Origin: an uncultured Chloroflexia bacterium
Lineage (GTDB): Bacteria > Chloroflexota > Anaerolineae > CG2-30-64-16
Reading direction: 5' to 3'
Assembly: GCA_963783655.1 (NCBI GenBank)
Contig: CAWAOA010000011.1
Location: 490,659-554,658, forward strand
Length of the DNA: 64,000 nt
Position numbers and translations under genes: made by a program. A model generated the notes under the pieces. The model had not been told where the DNA came from. It saw only the letters and a list, made by a program, of their open reading frames with translations, and ran no database searches. Positions within the stretch are counted from its first letter, which is position 1, and every line of letters begins with the position of its first letter. Below are positions 32,610 through 43,238 of the stretch, piece after piece.

Positions 32610-33160
32610 TCATCCGTCATCGAAACGGTCCAGGTACGTTGACAGCGGATTCTCCAGCCACGGCAGGACCGGATCCTCAAGCTGCTGTCGTACGAGCCGG
32701 AGTTGGCTGCGAAGTTCCTTCTCCAGCCGGAAGTGCCAGCGCAGATACAGACCTATGTCGTAGACCAGGGGCAGCGGCGACACGCCCGGCATCGGCAGCC
32801 AGCCCGCAATGTTCGTCTTCTGTTCGCCGCGCACAGGGATGGCCCACGCCTGCCACGGCTCACTGCCCGGGTAGCGCAACAAGAGCACGTCAAAATACTG
32901 ATATAGGTCTCGCGCCACATACGACCACGATACGACTACATGTGCATAACCCGCAGCCCCCAGCTCCTTGGTGAAGGGCAGGTAGAACTCATCCGGGACC
33001 TGGGGTAGGTTAAGTCCGCATAGTCCACCCGAAACCGGTAGCCGCGGCTCTCCAAGGACAACTGCAATTCGTCGCATACGTACGTGCGAAATGGCTTCGG
33101 CAACTCCACCGCAGGACCTCCTCGCTCCGGTGAGCGCATTTGTTCGCCAATGGGCAGCAT
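32610..33160 (-). CDS. Hypothetical protein in immunity position (one frame change near ~32995)
   Basis: ATG directly follows the Imm8-like stop (TAAATG). N-terminus is in ORF 32936..33160 and the rest in 32610..33248 (QVPDEFYLPFTKELGAAGYAHVVVSW...). No family recognised. Confidence 0.45.
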
Positions 33161-33547
33161 TTAGTCGAGCTTGGCCGCGGGATAGTCGGTGTAGTCCTCG
33201 AACTCCCAGCCCCCGTATCTCGCGAGGGTCTCGGCCACGCTTTCCCAATTTGGACCTTCCACCCGCTGGACCAGCTTCTGGATCGCGCTTTCAATCGCCT
33301 CATAGCTGTATTTCGGTAGCACCAAGTAATGCCGCCCCCATACGAAGCCATCTCTGCTCGCCTGCTGGGCTAACCAGGCGGGCGTACAGACCAGGAATTC
33401 GAAAGACTCTTCCCCCGCCGCATCCGACGGACCGATCAACGCTTGGACCAGAAGGCGGAACTCCTCTGGATCGTCGGGACGATAGCTGCGAAGATCCCCA
33501 TCGGGCGCATCCGCGCTCAACAGATAGCGTAAGTGCGCTCTGGTCAT
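33161..33547 (-). CDS. Imm8-like polymorphic-toxin immunity protein
   Basis: EEFRLLVQALIGPSDAAGEESFEFLVCTPAWL ... GRHYLVLPKYSYEAIESAI ... LARYGGWEFEDY matches my recollection of the Imm8 family pattern. GGTGGAG RBS before ATG 33547. Confidence 0.6.
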   Translation of the reverse strand: MTRAHLRYLLSADAPDGDLRSYRPDDPEEFRLLVQALIGPSDAAGEESFEFLVCTPAWLAQQASRDGFVWGRHYLVLPKYSYEAIESAIQKLVQRVEGPNWESVAETLARYGGWEFEDYTDYPAAKLD

Positions 33548-33694
33548 TCTATGGCTCCACCTCGATCTGGGCATTCCCAAACCATTTGCCAGTCGGGTCG
33601 CGGCCGCCATGCAAGGTTGGCTGGCCGACGACCTGACCGCATCTTACGGCTAGGCGGGCGGTACTGCCTCATTCTGTATTCACTGATCAGCACT

Positions 33695-34234
33695 TTACGG
33701 GTTCAGCTTACCCGGCAGCCGCACGTCCCCCGGCCAGGGGTCGCGGCTGGTGAACACGCCCAACTCCGGCCGCCGGTAGCGCGCCCGCAGGTACACCAGC
33801 TCGGTCCCCGCATCCCACCACTCCCCGGTGTAGCCGTAGGGCTGCCCGCCGTCCCCCAGCAGGGGCATCCCATAGGGGTCGTCCCACTCCGCTTCGCTTC
33901 GGGGACTATAGTAGCGGCGCACCGCCAGCACCGCAGAAGCGGCGTCCGTCTCCTGGCGCACGCTGTGCAGCGCATCGCGGCCCGACAGGTAGCGCCACAC
34001 TCCGCCGGTATCGCTGGCTAGCGGGCTGTCCCCCAGGCCGTACAGGTAGCTGCTGGTACCACTCGGGCTGCCGGCCTGCAGCACGGTGGCGAGTGGGGGC
34101 TCTAGATCCAGCAGGTAGGTGGTGGTGACGCCGCCCGTCGCCTGCAAGCGGCGCAGGCCGGCGGGGTCGTCCCACTCCGCTCCGCTGCGCGGACTATAGT
34201 AGCCCGCACTCCAATCCAGCCCGGCCCCTGTCAC
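33695..34234 (-). pseudogene. RHS/YD core-tail fragment 3 (orphan, longest)
   Basis: ...YLYGLGDSPLASDTGGVWRYLSGRDALHSVRQETDAASAVLAVRRY...DPYGMPLLGDGGQPYGYTGEWWDAGTELVYLRARYRRPELGVFTSRDPWPGDVRLPGKLNP, then a stop. No toxin domain follows. Confidence 0.8.
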
Positions 34235-34240
34235 CGCTGC

Positions 34241-34567
34241 CTACCGCTGCTCCGGGAAACGGGGCCGACGATCACTGGGTCCCTGGTAGACCACGCGGTA
34301 CTCACCCTCTAGTTCAGTCTGTAGCTGCCTCCAGAGAGCCACTCCCTCTTCCTGAAATGCCTGCTTCTCCTCGTTCGTAACGAAGCCAGACGAAATGGGA
34401 TCGTCCCAGTTCAATGTTGCGTCATAGGCAGCAGCCCACTTCCGCAATCGATCTCGCGTCTCGACGGTTAGTGGTAGTAACTCAGGATCGATGTTTCCTG
34501 GCTCATGGTTTGCTTCCCACCATAAGGGCCAACTTCTGTAGTCCGGCATCAACTTGATGGTATCCAT
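34241..34567 (-). CDS. Small Trp/acidic-rich protein, putative immunity protein
   Basis: 108 aa intact ORF (YRSWPLWWEANHEPGNIDPELLPL...LNWDDPISSGFVTNEEKQAFQEEG). Called from cassette position only. Confidence 0.4.
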   Translation of the reverse strand: MDTIKLMPDYRSWPLWWEANHEPGNIDPELLPLTVETRDRLRKWAAAYDATLNWDDPISSGFVTNEEKQAFQEEGVALWRQLQTELEGEYRVVYQGPSDRRPRFPEQR

Positions 34568-34582
34568 CTGTCACTCACCAAC

Positions 34583-35277
34583 CTATAAGTCTGCAGGTGC
34601 GCCGCTCGATGAAGTCAGTTCGAACGATGCTCGAAAACCGCCAGCAGTACGACGAAGGTGTCGACCGTGTAACCGATCGCGCACCCACGGATAACGACTC
34701 ACCCTACTGATCGCTTCTCGCACTTCGTCCATCCGGACTGTATAGAAGTCGAATACAGGCGGCGCGATCGTGAACCGGAGTTCTAGGCCTGTCGCCGCCC
34801 GTGCCTCGCGCACGAGTGGTCTACGTTCACAAGGAGTCACCGCCTTGCCCCGATAGAAGTGCTGCCGGAACAACTCGTCGTTGGTCGCCAGGTCGACCAG
34901 AGCATGTTCAGTCTGCGAAGATTGCTCCCACAACCTTTGCTACTGGTACCATGGGGCCCGGCCAACGGCTCTTGTCAGATTCTTCCCGCAGATACTGTCT
35001 CCACAGCCAATGCACCAGCCCCGGTTCGCCCGCGTAATCGTCGGGGACGGCCGGCATCGTATTTGTGCCGGCAGCCACTCGGCAACCAATGGCCGTGAGC
35101 CGCTGGTGTTCGCCTTGCGCCTCAAGCGTCACGGAGCGGGGCAGGGACAGGCTACCGCCGGCATCGCACAGGCCCAGCAGGCAGGTGGCGTAGATGGACG
35201 CGCCGCCGAGGGTGCGGCTGTCAAACAGGTAGAGCCAGGGCTTCTGCCTCACCTCATCAGCCACAAGATCATTGCCC
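34583..35277 (-). CDS. Unknown protein(s) following RHS fragment 2 (either one frameshifted ~230-aa ORF or two overlapping ORFs 34908..35277 and 34583..34933)
   Basis: ATG 35277 is preceded by AGGAG. MGNDLVADEVRQKPWLYLFDSRTLGGASIYATCLLGLCDAGG.... The same frame runs on upstream into the RHS tail without a stop. No family recognised. Confidence 0.35.
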
Positions 35278-35344
35278 ATACCACTCCTGCCTCTCCACAG
35301 TTCAGGCCTGAGGGAGCTTCCGTATTCGTTCAGGCAACCGCCTG

Positions 35345-35545
35345 GCTGCCGCACGTCCCTCGACCAACTGTCCCTGGTCAGGAATAGCTCAGCGCCTGAC
35401 CGCCAGCACCGCCGCCGCTCCATCCGTCTCCTGGCGCACGCTGTTGAGGGCATCCCACTCCGCTGCGCTGCGGGGATAGGTATCGCGGCCCGAGAGGTAG
35501 CGCCAGGTCGCGCCACCATCGCTGGTCAGGGGGCTGTCCCCCACG
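35345..35545 (-). pseudogene. RHS/YD core-tail fragment 2 (internally deleted)
   Basis: ...GVGDSPLTSDGGATWRYLSGRD[TYPRSAAEWD]ALNSVRQETDGAAAVLAVRR-stop, then ...ELFLTRDSWSRDVRQPGG. Lacks the DPYG...GEWWD segment present in fragments 1 and 3. Confidence 0.7.
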
Positions 35546-35556
35546 CCGGGTTTGCA

Positions 35557-35934
35557 CTACGAGGCAAGCTCAGACCGAAACTCGCGGCAGTAGAAGGACA
35601 GGGACTGGTCCTCAATTTCCACTACCCGGTATCTCTTACTGCGCTCCCACCCCATGCTCTGGGTCGAACTGATCTCGAGCGGCCACAGTTGCAGCAGACT
35701 TGTGGCACCGGGGGTGTAGCTGAGATCGCTTACCCCTTGAAACCATAGCCGCAGCCGGCGCCGGTCGTCTCGCTGTGATGGTCGCAACTCAATGGTCAAA
35801 GTGATGTCGGGGATGCTTCCCGGAACGTGCTCCTGCTCGACGGTGAGCCTTACCAACACAGGAAACTGGCGCGGCTGCAGCGCCCAGTACCCTTCAATCG
35901 CCAGCTCATGGGATCTCATCGCCATATTCTCCAA
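35557..35934 (-). CDS. Imm50-like immunity protein (tentative)
   Basis: 125 aa intact: ...LRLWFQGVSDLSYTPGATSLLQLWPLEISSTQSMGWERSKRYRVVEIEDQSLSFYCREF. This resembles the Imm50-type pattern as I remember it. Confidence 0.4.
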   Translation of the reverse strand: MENMAMRSHELAIEGYWALQPRQFPVLVRLTVEQEHVPGSIPDITLTIELRPSQRDDRRRLRLWFQGVSDLSYTPGATSLLQLWPLEISSTQSMGWERSKRYRVVEIEDQSLSFYCREFRSELAS

Positions 35935-36000
35935 GGAAGTGTTCTTCCAATTGCAACCTTCGGGAAACTGGTAAGCTGATACCGTGTTCGGAATGCGTAC

Positions 36001-36765
36001 CTAGGGCAAATTCTGCGAGCACACATCCGTGCCAGGGTATGGCCCGTAGCAGGCATAATTGGTGAAGTTGTGAGCTGCCAGCAGCCGGCACACGCGTTCC
36101 GTCACCAACACGATGTTCGGGTTCTCATCCGGGTTGAAGAAGTCAGCGCCGCTCCAGCGCCCCTCATCGATCCCGATCGCGCCCCGCTGCAAAAAGACAA
36201 TGCGCCCGCAAGCGGCGCATGCGACGATCTGCTCGCGGTCGACGCCGACGCGCCAGGATGTGCCGGTGACCTTCGCCTCGTACAATTCGGGGACGGCGCC
36301 CAGGCTTCCCCGCAGCCTCGGGCTCCACCTGACCGCCACCGGCAGAAACTGGACGCCGCTGACCTGGGCGGCCTGCTAGCGCCTCGACCACCTCGCGCCG
36401 CAAGATCAGCCAGCCGGGGAACGCATGCATGATTGAAGGGACCATCGTCCCTGTCACTTCCCCGCTTGGCTGGCCGAGCGTATCGCCGGGTTCAAGCACG
36501 AAGGTGTCGGGCAAGCCGGCCCCGGAGCGCACCGCCTGCGCCAGGCGTCGCCACTCTGCCGCCGGCAGCGGCCGCCCCCGAGTCTCGCGGCCAGCGTCTG
36601 ATCCGGAATCGGCAGGTACAGTCGCCGGCTGCCGGTCCAGGTACCCCCGCAGACGGGACAGATGATCGCCGGCAGCCTGAGGTCCCGAGACATATGGATC
36701 GGATTAGCCTCTTCCGCAGCCATGTCGGTTTCGTAATCCGGGTGCCAGAGGTCATAGAATTTCAT
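36001..36765 (-). CDS. Double-CXXCG motif protein (Imm11/DUF1629-related family), two frame changes
   Basis: Two CxxCG motifs (ICPVCGG; ACAACGR). Pieces lie in ORFs 36454..36780, 36164..36532 and 36001..36339, joined near ~36575 and ~36375. Confidence 0.55.
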
Positions 36766-36831
36766 CTTAGCAGAAATCAACCTGTGGCCGGCCAGCGCTC
36801 GCTAGCGCATCGATCAGAAACTCCACAACCG

Positions 36832-37182
36832 TCACCTCAGCGCCATCGCTGCTGTTTGTGTATATTCTACCGATCTCCTGCCGGCGGGACTCGTAAGATG
36901 TGAAAACGTGCCTGCGACTTGATTTCCGACGATGAGACCCTCGTCTCCCACCTCGATGTCCCCAGAAGCAGCCAGGATGGTCTCATGCACAGGTCCGCGC
37001 GTATGCACCACGACCCAGACGTCCTCGCTCGGGGCTGCCGATACCGCGATTCCTCTGGGGCCAAACACGACGTTCTCCTCGCCGGTTTCCCATTCCGGAT
37101 AAGCGTTTGGGTCTTCCGCATCAAAGAGCCCGAGTTGAGCGTACTCGGCACTGATCATTCCGCTGAAGATAATCCCTGCCAT
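36832..37182 (-). CDS. Small ComJ-like / nuclease-inhibitor-like protein (tentative immunity protein)
   Basis: 116 aa intact. ISAEYAQLGLFDAEDPNAYPEWETGEENVVFGPRGIAVSAAPSEDVWVVVHT loosely resembles ComJ-type inhibitors. Confidence 0.3.
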   Translation of the reverse strand: MAGIIFSGMISAEYAQLGLFDAEDPNAYPEWETGEENVVFGPRGIAVSAAPSEDVWVVVHTRGPVHETILAASGDIEVGDEGLIVGNQVAGTFSHLTSPAGRRSVEYTQTAAMALR

Positions 37183-37352
37183 TGGTCCCTTCTACTGCAC
37201 TGGTCACGCGTGTCCAGCGTTCTCGCTGGTCCAAACGGCCTGCCGGTCTGTGCTGCGTACTCCGCGGTTCACTCCGGCTCAAGCCCTCGAACCACAACCC
37301 TGAACCTGGCTCCGTCCTCGATGCTGTGGTGCCGGTAGAGATTGTGCATCAT

Positions 37353-37640
37353 CTAGCCTTGGGTGTAGCGTCGGGGATGTCCGAGCCCATACCCATGCGC
37401 CCTCAGCTGCCTCGGCTGGCGCACGTCCCCCGGCCAACTGTCGCGCGTCAGGAACAGCCCCAGCGCCGGCCACAGGGAGCGCGCCCGCAGGTACACCAGC
37501 TCGGTCTCCGCGTCCCACCACTCCCCGCTGTAGCCGTGGGGCTGCCCGCCATCCCCCACCAGCGGTACCCCATAGGGGTCGTAGCGGCGCACCGCCAGCA
37601 CCTGCTCCGCCGCATCCGTCTCCGAGAGTAAGCTGCTCTA
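37353..37640 (-). pseudogene. RHS/YD core-tail fragment 1 (orphan)
   Basis: ...SETDAAEQVLAVRRYDPYGVPLVGDGGQPHGYSGEWWDAETELVYLRARSLWPALGLFLTRDSWPGDVRQPRQLRAHGYGLGHPRRYTQG, then a stop. Starts right after the SUKH gene stop. Confidence 0.8.
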
Positions 37641-37656
37641 GGTCTGTTGGGCGCAT

Positions 37657-38330
37657 TCACAAGGAAATGAAGTGCGAACCGCTCATGCCATCGGTGGTTG
37701 TTAGTTCCGTCAGCCACTCCTCGAATGAGCTGGCAAGCACGACGTACGCTGCTCTCGTGGACTCCACGCCAAACGGAAAGAACTCATACTCATGGTCCAG
37801 GAAGAACACGCATTCAGTCGCGCACGATTCATGCGCCAGGGCGAGATAGTTCCCCGTCTCCTACTGCGCAGAAGGCGGTGTAATTGAGCCGCCGGTCGTC
37901 ATACGTTGAGTCACCGTTTGCGAATGCCTGAAAGATGTTGTGCATCTTTCGGTTGGTCGGAGTATCTCCCGGCCATAATGCGATCGCATGGGTACTGTGT
38001 ACGCTTCCGATCCGGCGTGGGCCGGTAGCGAAGGCGGAAAAATTCTGCACCATTGGTGAGCCGCAGTAGCTCAATTAGCGGTGCGGGCAATCGATGCTTT
38101 ACGCAATCATCGACTGAGGCTAACTCTCCCTGCGCCGGAGGATGCAGTGTGTGAGAACAGGGAATTATCCACGCCCCTGCTTGCCGACGTACGCCATCGA
38201 CAAACCAGCTTGGAACCTCATCCTCGCTCCATGAACTCAAAGGGATAGCTAGATGCGGAGAACGGAGAACCATGGCTAGAGCATCACCAAGCAGCATAGG
38301 CATCACCTTCGGAGCCGAACAATTCCACAA
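37657..38330 (-). CDS. SMI1/KNR4 (SUKH-1) family immunity protein, two frame changes
   Basis: LPAPLIELLRLTNGAEFF in ORF 37911..38330, a middle part in 37829..38074, and the C-terminus GNYLALAHESCATECVFFLDHEYEFFPFGVESTRAAYVVLASSFEEWLTEL in a third frame ending at TGA 37657-37659. Confidence 0.65.
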
Positions 38331-38433
38331 TCAGTACGGGAAATCGATACCAATAGTGGCTGCCTCCACAAGGGGATCTGTTGCCAGTGTACCATCGGCG
38401 CTGCCGGCGGGCTGTAGTGCTTTGGTACCACGG

Positions 38434-39169
38434 TCACGCCGTACGGTCAGATTGGTTGATAACCAACCCGCTGCTACCCGTCGCTCCGGCGAGCAGATCG
38501 GCCCAAACGGAGTTGCGGTCTGCCTCGGTGGCAAACATGAGATAGGCGACCTCGTGTTGCCTGGCCGGCGCCGGTCTTTTGCGAGAGCGGCCTTCCGGCG
38601 GTTCGCCCTCATACCGCAGCGCCAGCCCCGGCCCGCGGTGCGAGCCAATCGCCAGCGTCCCCGCTTCAACCGACTTCACCCGCTCTGGCTGCACGAAGAT
38701 GTACCACATCCCCAGGTCCGGCTCCGGTGTGTGCCCGATGAGCAGAAAGCGAGACTCGTGTGCGATCGCCATCACCGCATGCTCGCGGATGCCGAAGGTC
38801 CGCCAGTACGCCTGCAGCCGCGCAAAGAAGCGGCGCCGGTCGTTCACAGTGAATGTGCCCGTGGCGTGATAGGGCGATCTTGTCTCCGGGGTGCAAAGGG
38901 GTAGGCGCAGGGCCCGGCAAAGCTTGCGGTTCCCACGATACGTAGTCACGCTGCGCTGCCATCCGCCCCGCGACCATGATCGCGGCCGCGAGCAGCAGGA
39001 ACCCCGCCGCCACGAGGTACAGCCACCATCGCTCCGCGTTACGGGTGGCGAGCCACGCCGCCGCGATCCCGCCCAGGAAAGGCAGGCCGGCGAGCCAGCC
39101 CTGGATGGACCACTGGCCGATCTTGTGAGAGCGGGCGTTGTACAGCCACCACAGCAGGCGCGGGCTCAC
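38434..39169 (-). CDS. Hypothetical membrane protein (one frame change near ~38900)
   Basis: GTG 39169 overlaps the EamA stop (GTGA). Two TM helices (WLAGLPFLGGIAAAWLA; WWLYLVAAGFLLLAAAIMVAG), then a soluble domain in ORF 38434..38949. Confidence 0.4.
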
Positions 39170-40104
39170 GGCGCGGCCGGACGCGGTCCGCGGTGCGCCC
39201 GCTGCCGGCCCCACCGGCTGATGGCGATGCCCAGCAGCACCACGACGGCCCCCACGGCCTGCAGCGGCCCCAGCCTGTCTCCGAGCATGATCGCCGCCCC
39301 CGCAATGGTGAATACCGGCGTGAGGTTGGAGTAGACCACGGTGCGTGTGTTCCCCACGCGTTGGACGCCGGTAGTCCAAAGCACGTTGCCCAGCGCGACG
39401 GCCAGGATGCCGGCGTAGAAGATCGCGCCCCATCCCTGCCAACCCACGGCGCTCCAGTCCTGGCGCGCCAGGTCGGGGATGGCGAGCCCCACCAGCACCG
39501 GCGTGCCTACGATCATCTGGATGGCGGTGATTTTCAACGGCGACAGGCGCATGAGCAGCGGCTGGGTAACGGTGCTGTACCCTGCCCAAACGATCGCCGC
39601 CCCCAGCATCAGCACGTCGCCGAAGAGCGTGCCCTGCACCGCCCCAATGCTCTGCCCGATCAGGAGCGCAATCCCCACAAACGAGAGCAGCACGCCGCCC
39701 CAGGCCGCCTTCGGGACGCGCTCGATGCGCAGGAAGTGCACCATGATCGCTACCCAGATCGGGATCGTCCCCAGCAGCAGCGAGCCGTTGGCCGGGACCG
39801 TCCGTGCGAGGGCATTGATGAAGAGGATCTGGTAGAGGGCGTGCCCGATCAACCCGAGGAAGACCAGGCCGGGTATGTCACGCCGGGACACCGAGAGCGA
39901 GCCCTGCCGCGTGGCCAGCACCACCAACACCAGGGTCGCCAGGCTGAAACGCACTGCATTGAACGCCAGCGGCGTCATCGTGCGCAGCGCGATCTTGATC
40001 ACGCTGTAGTTGACGCCCCAGATCAGCACGAGCCCGATCAAGAGGAGATCGGTGCCGGTGAATCCCAGGCCGCGACGCTCCGGGACCGTTGATGCGCGCT
40101 CCAA
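39166..40104 (-). CDS. EamA/DMT-family transporter
   Basis: 312 aa, 10-TM pattern with two EamA repeats (LLIGLVLIWGVNYSVIK...; ...LLGAAIVWAGYSTV...). Confidence 0.8.
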   Translation of the reverse strand: MERASTVPERRGLGFTGTDLLLIGLVLIWGVNYSVIKIALRTMTPLAFNAVRFSLATLVLVVLATRQGSLSVSRRDIPGLVFLGLIGHALYQILFINALARTVPANGSLLLGTIPIWVAIMVHFLRIERVPKAAWGGVLLSFVGIALLIGQSIGAVQGTLFGDVLMLGAAIVWAGYSTVTQPLLMRLSPLKITAIQMIVGTPVLVGLAIPDLARQDWSAVGWQGWGAIFYAGILAVALGNVLWTTGVQRVGNTRTVVYSNLTPVFTIAGAAIMLGDRLGPLQAVGAVVVLLGIAISRWGRQRAHRGPRPAAP

Positions 40105-40116
40105 ACCAGTTTCCTC

Positions 40117-41099
40117 TCAGTAAGCCGGCGCCACAGTGGCTAGTGGCCGCGGCGCGTCAGCAGGATGCCGGTGAGCACCGCAGCGGCGCCGGCAAGCTGC
40201 AGCGGCGCCAGCCGGTCGCCCAACACCAGCCACGCCAGTATGACCGTGAACACCGGAACCAGGTTCTGGAAGACCGCCGTGCGGGCGGTGCCGACACGCT
40301 GGATGCCGGTGGTCCATAACACGTACGCCAATGCGATGGATAGGGAGGACGAGTACAACAACCCTGCCCATCCGCCGGCCGGCACGCTGCCCCACGGCTG
40401 CGCGATGATCTGCGGCAGCGAAACGAGAACCAGCAGCGGTGTGCCGAACATCATCGACATGGTGGTGACTTTGAGCGGCGAATGCCTGCGCAGCAAGGTG
40501 CCGCTTCCGGCTACGTACCCGGCCCAGCCCATGGCGGAGCCCAGCATCAACAGGCTGCCCAATGCCGCCCCGCCGCGCAAATCGATCTGCTGGCTGCCGC
40601 CAACGATGATCAGGACGATGCCGGCGAACGAGAGCAGGATGCCCGCCCACACCAGCGGCTTCGCCCGCTCGATCCCCAGTAGGTGCGCGTAGATGGCGAC
40701 GAAGATGGGGGTGGTCGCGAGGATCAGCGCCGCCGTCCCGGCGGATGCCTGCGCCATCCCGTTGATGAAGAGGATCTGGTAGAAGGAATGGCCGATCAAC
40801 CCGAGTATCGAGCATCAGCAGAGCGTCGTGCCGCGAGAGCCGGAAATTCTCGCCGCGCAGCAGCATGAACGCCGTCATCACGCCCGTGGCGATCACGAGC
40901 CGAGCGGAGTTGAAAGCAAGCGGCTGGAAGGCGCTGAGGGTGAGCTTGAGGACGACGAAATTGACCGCCCAGATCACCACCGTGATGAGCAGGAGGATTT
41001 CGGTTCGTCCGAAGGATCGGGAGTCAGCCGGAGACGCAGCCCTCAAAGCGCTGTGGCCCGGCTCGGGCCGGGCCACAGCACCATGTTCCCCCGTTTCGC

Positions 41100-41103
<4 letters not shown>
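40117..41103 (-). CDS. EamA/DMT-family transporter, paralogue (one frame change near ~40800)
   Basis: N-terminal EamA repeat in ORF 40117..41103 (ILLLITVVIWAVNFVVLK), the remainder in ORF 40140..40799. GTG start overlaps the ftsH stop. Confidence 0.7.
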
Positions 41104-42936
<1,833 letters not shown>

Positions 42937-43177
42937 CTTTATTCTCGACTCTATTCAGTTATGGCAGCGCGCGGGCTGCCTCCGGTATCATACACCATGT
43001 GGTAGATGAGCACGATATGTGGGTGCGCCGGCGATGCTCTTGTGCCCCGCCAGGCCGCTGCTTGCCCGTCTCGTGCTCTCTTCATTATCCTATGGATGCA
43101 GCAAGTAGCACAGTAGTTGCACTTCCTCTGCCTTACCCGCGCCTTACCGGGCGGAGAGCAACGGGAAGCTGGCAACT

Positions 43178-43205
43178 TTGCCCGCTCGGTGCTACTGGTT
43201 ATAAT
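43178..43205 (+). promoter_or_regulatory. Candidate sigma70-type promoter of the DedA gene
   Basis: TTGCCC - 16 nt - TATAAT, ~33 nt upstream of ATG 43239. Confidence 0.3.
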
Positions 43206-43238
43206 GCGCCGATCTATTTGAAACCATAGGGGAGTGGC

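Noticed and set aside
37183-37352. A 27-codon ORF (MMHNLYRHHSIEDGARFRVVVRGLEPE) right after RHS fragment 1, as a mini-toxin or antitoxin.
   Set aside because: It is too short, has no RBS, and matches no family I recognise. It is probably the residue of a deleted toxin or immunity segment.
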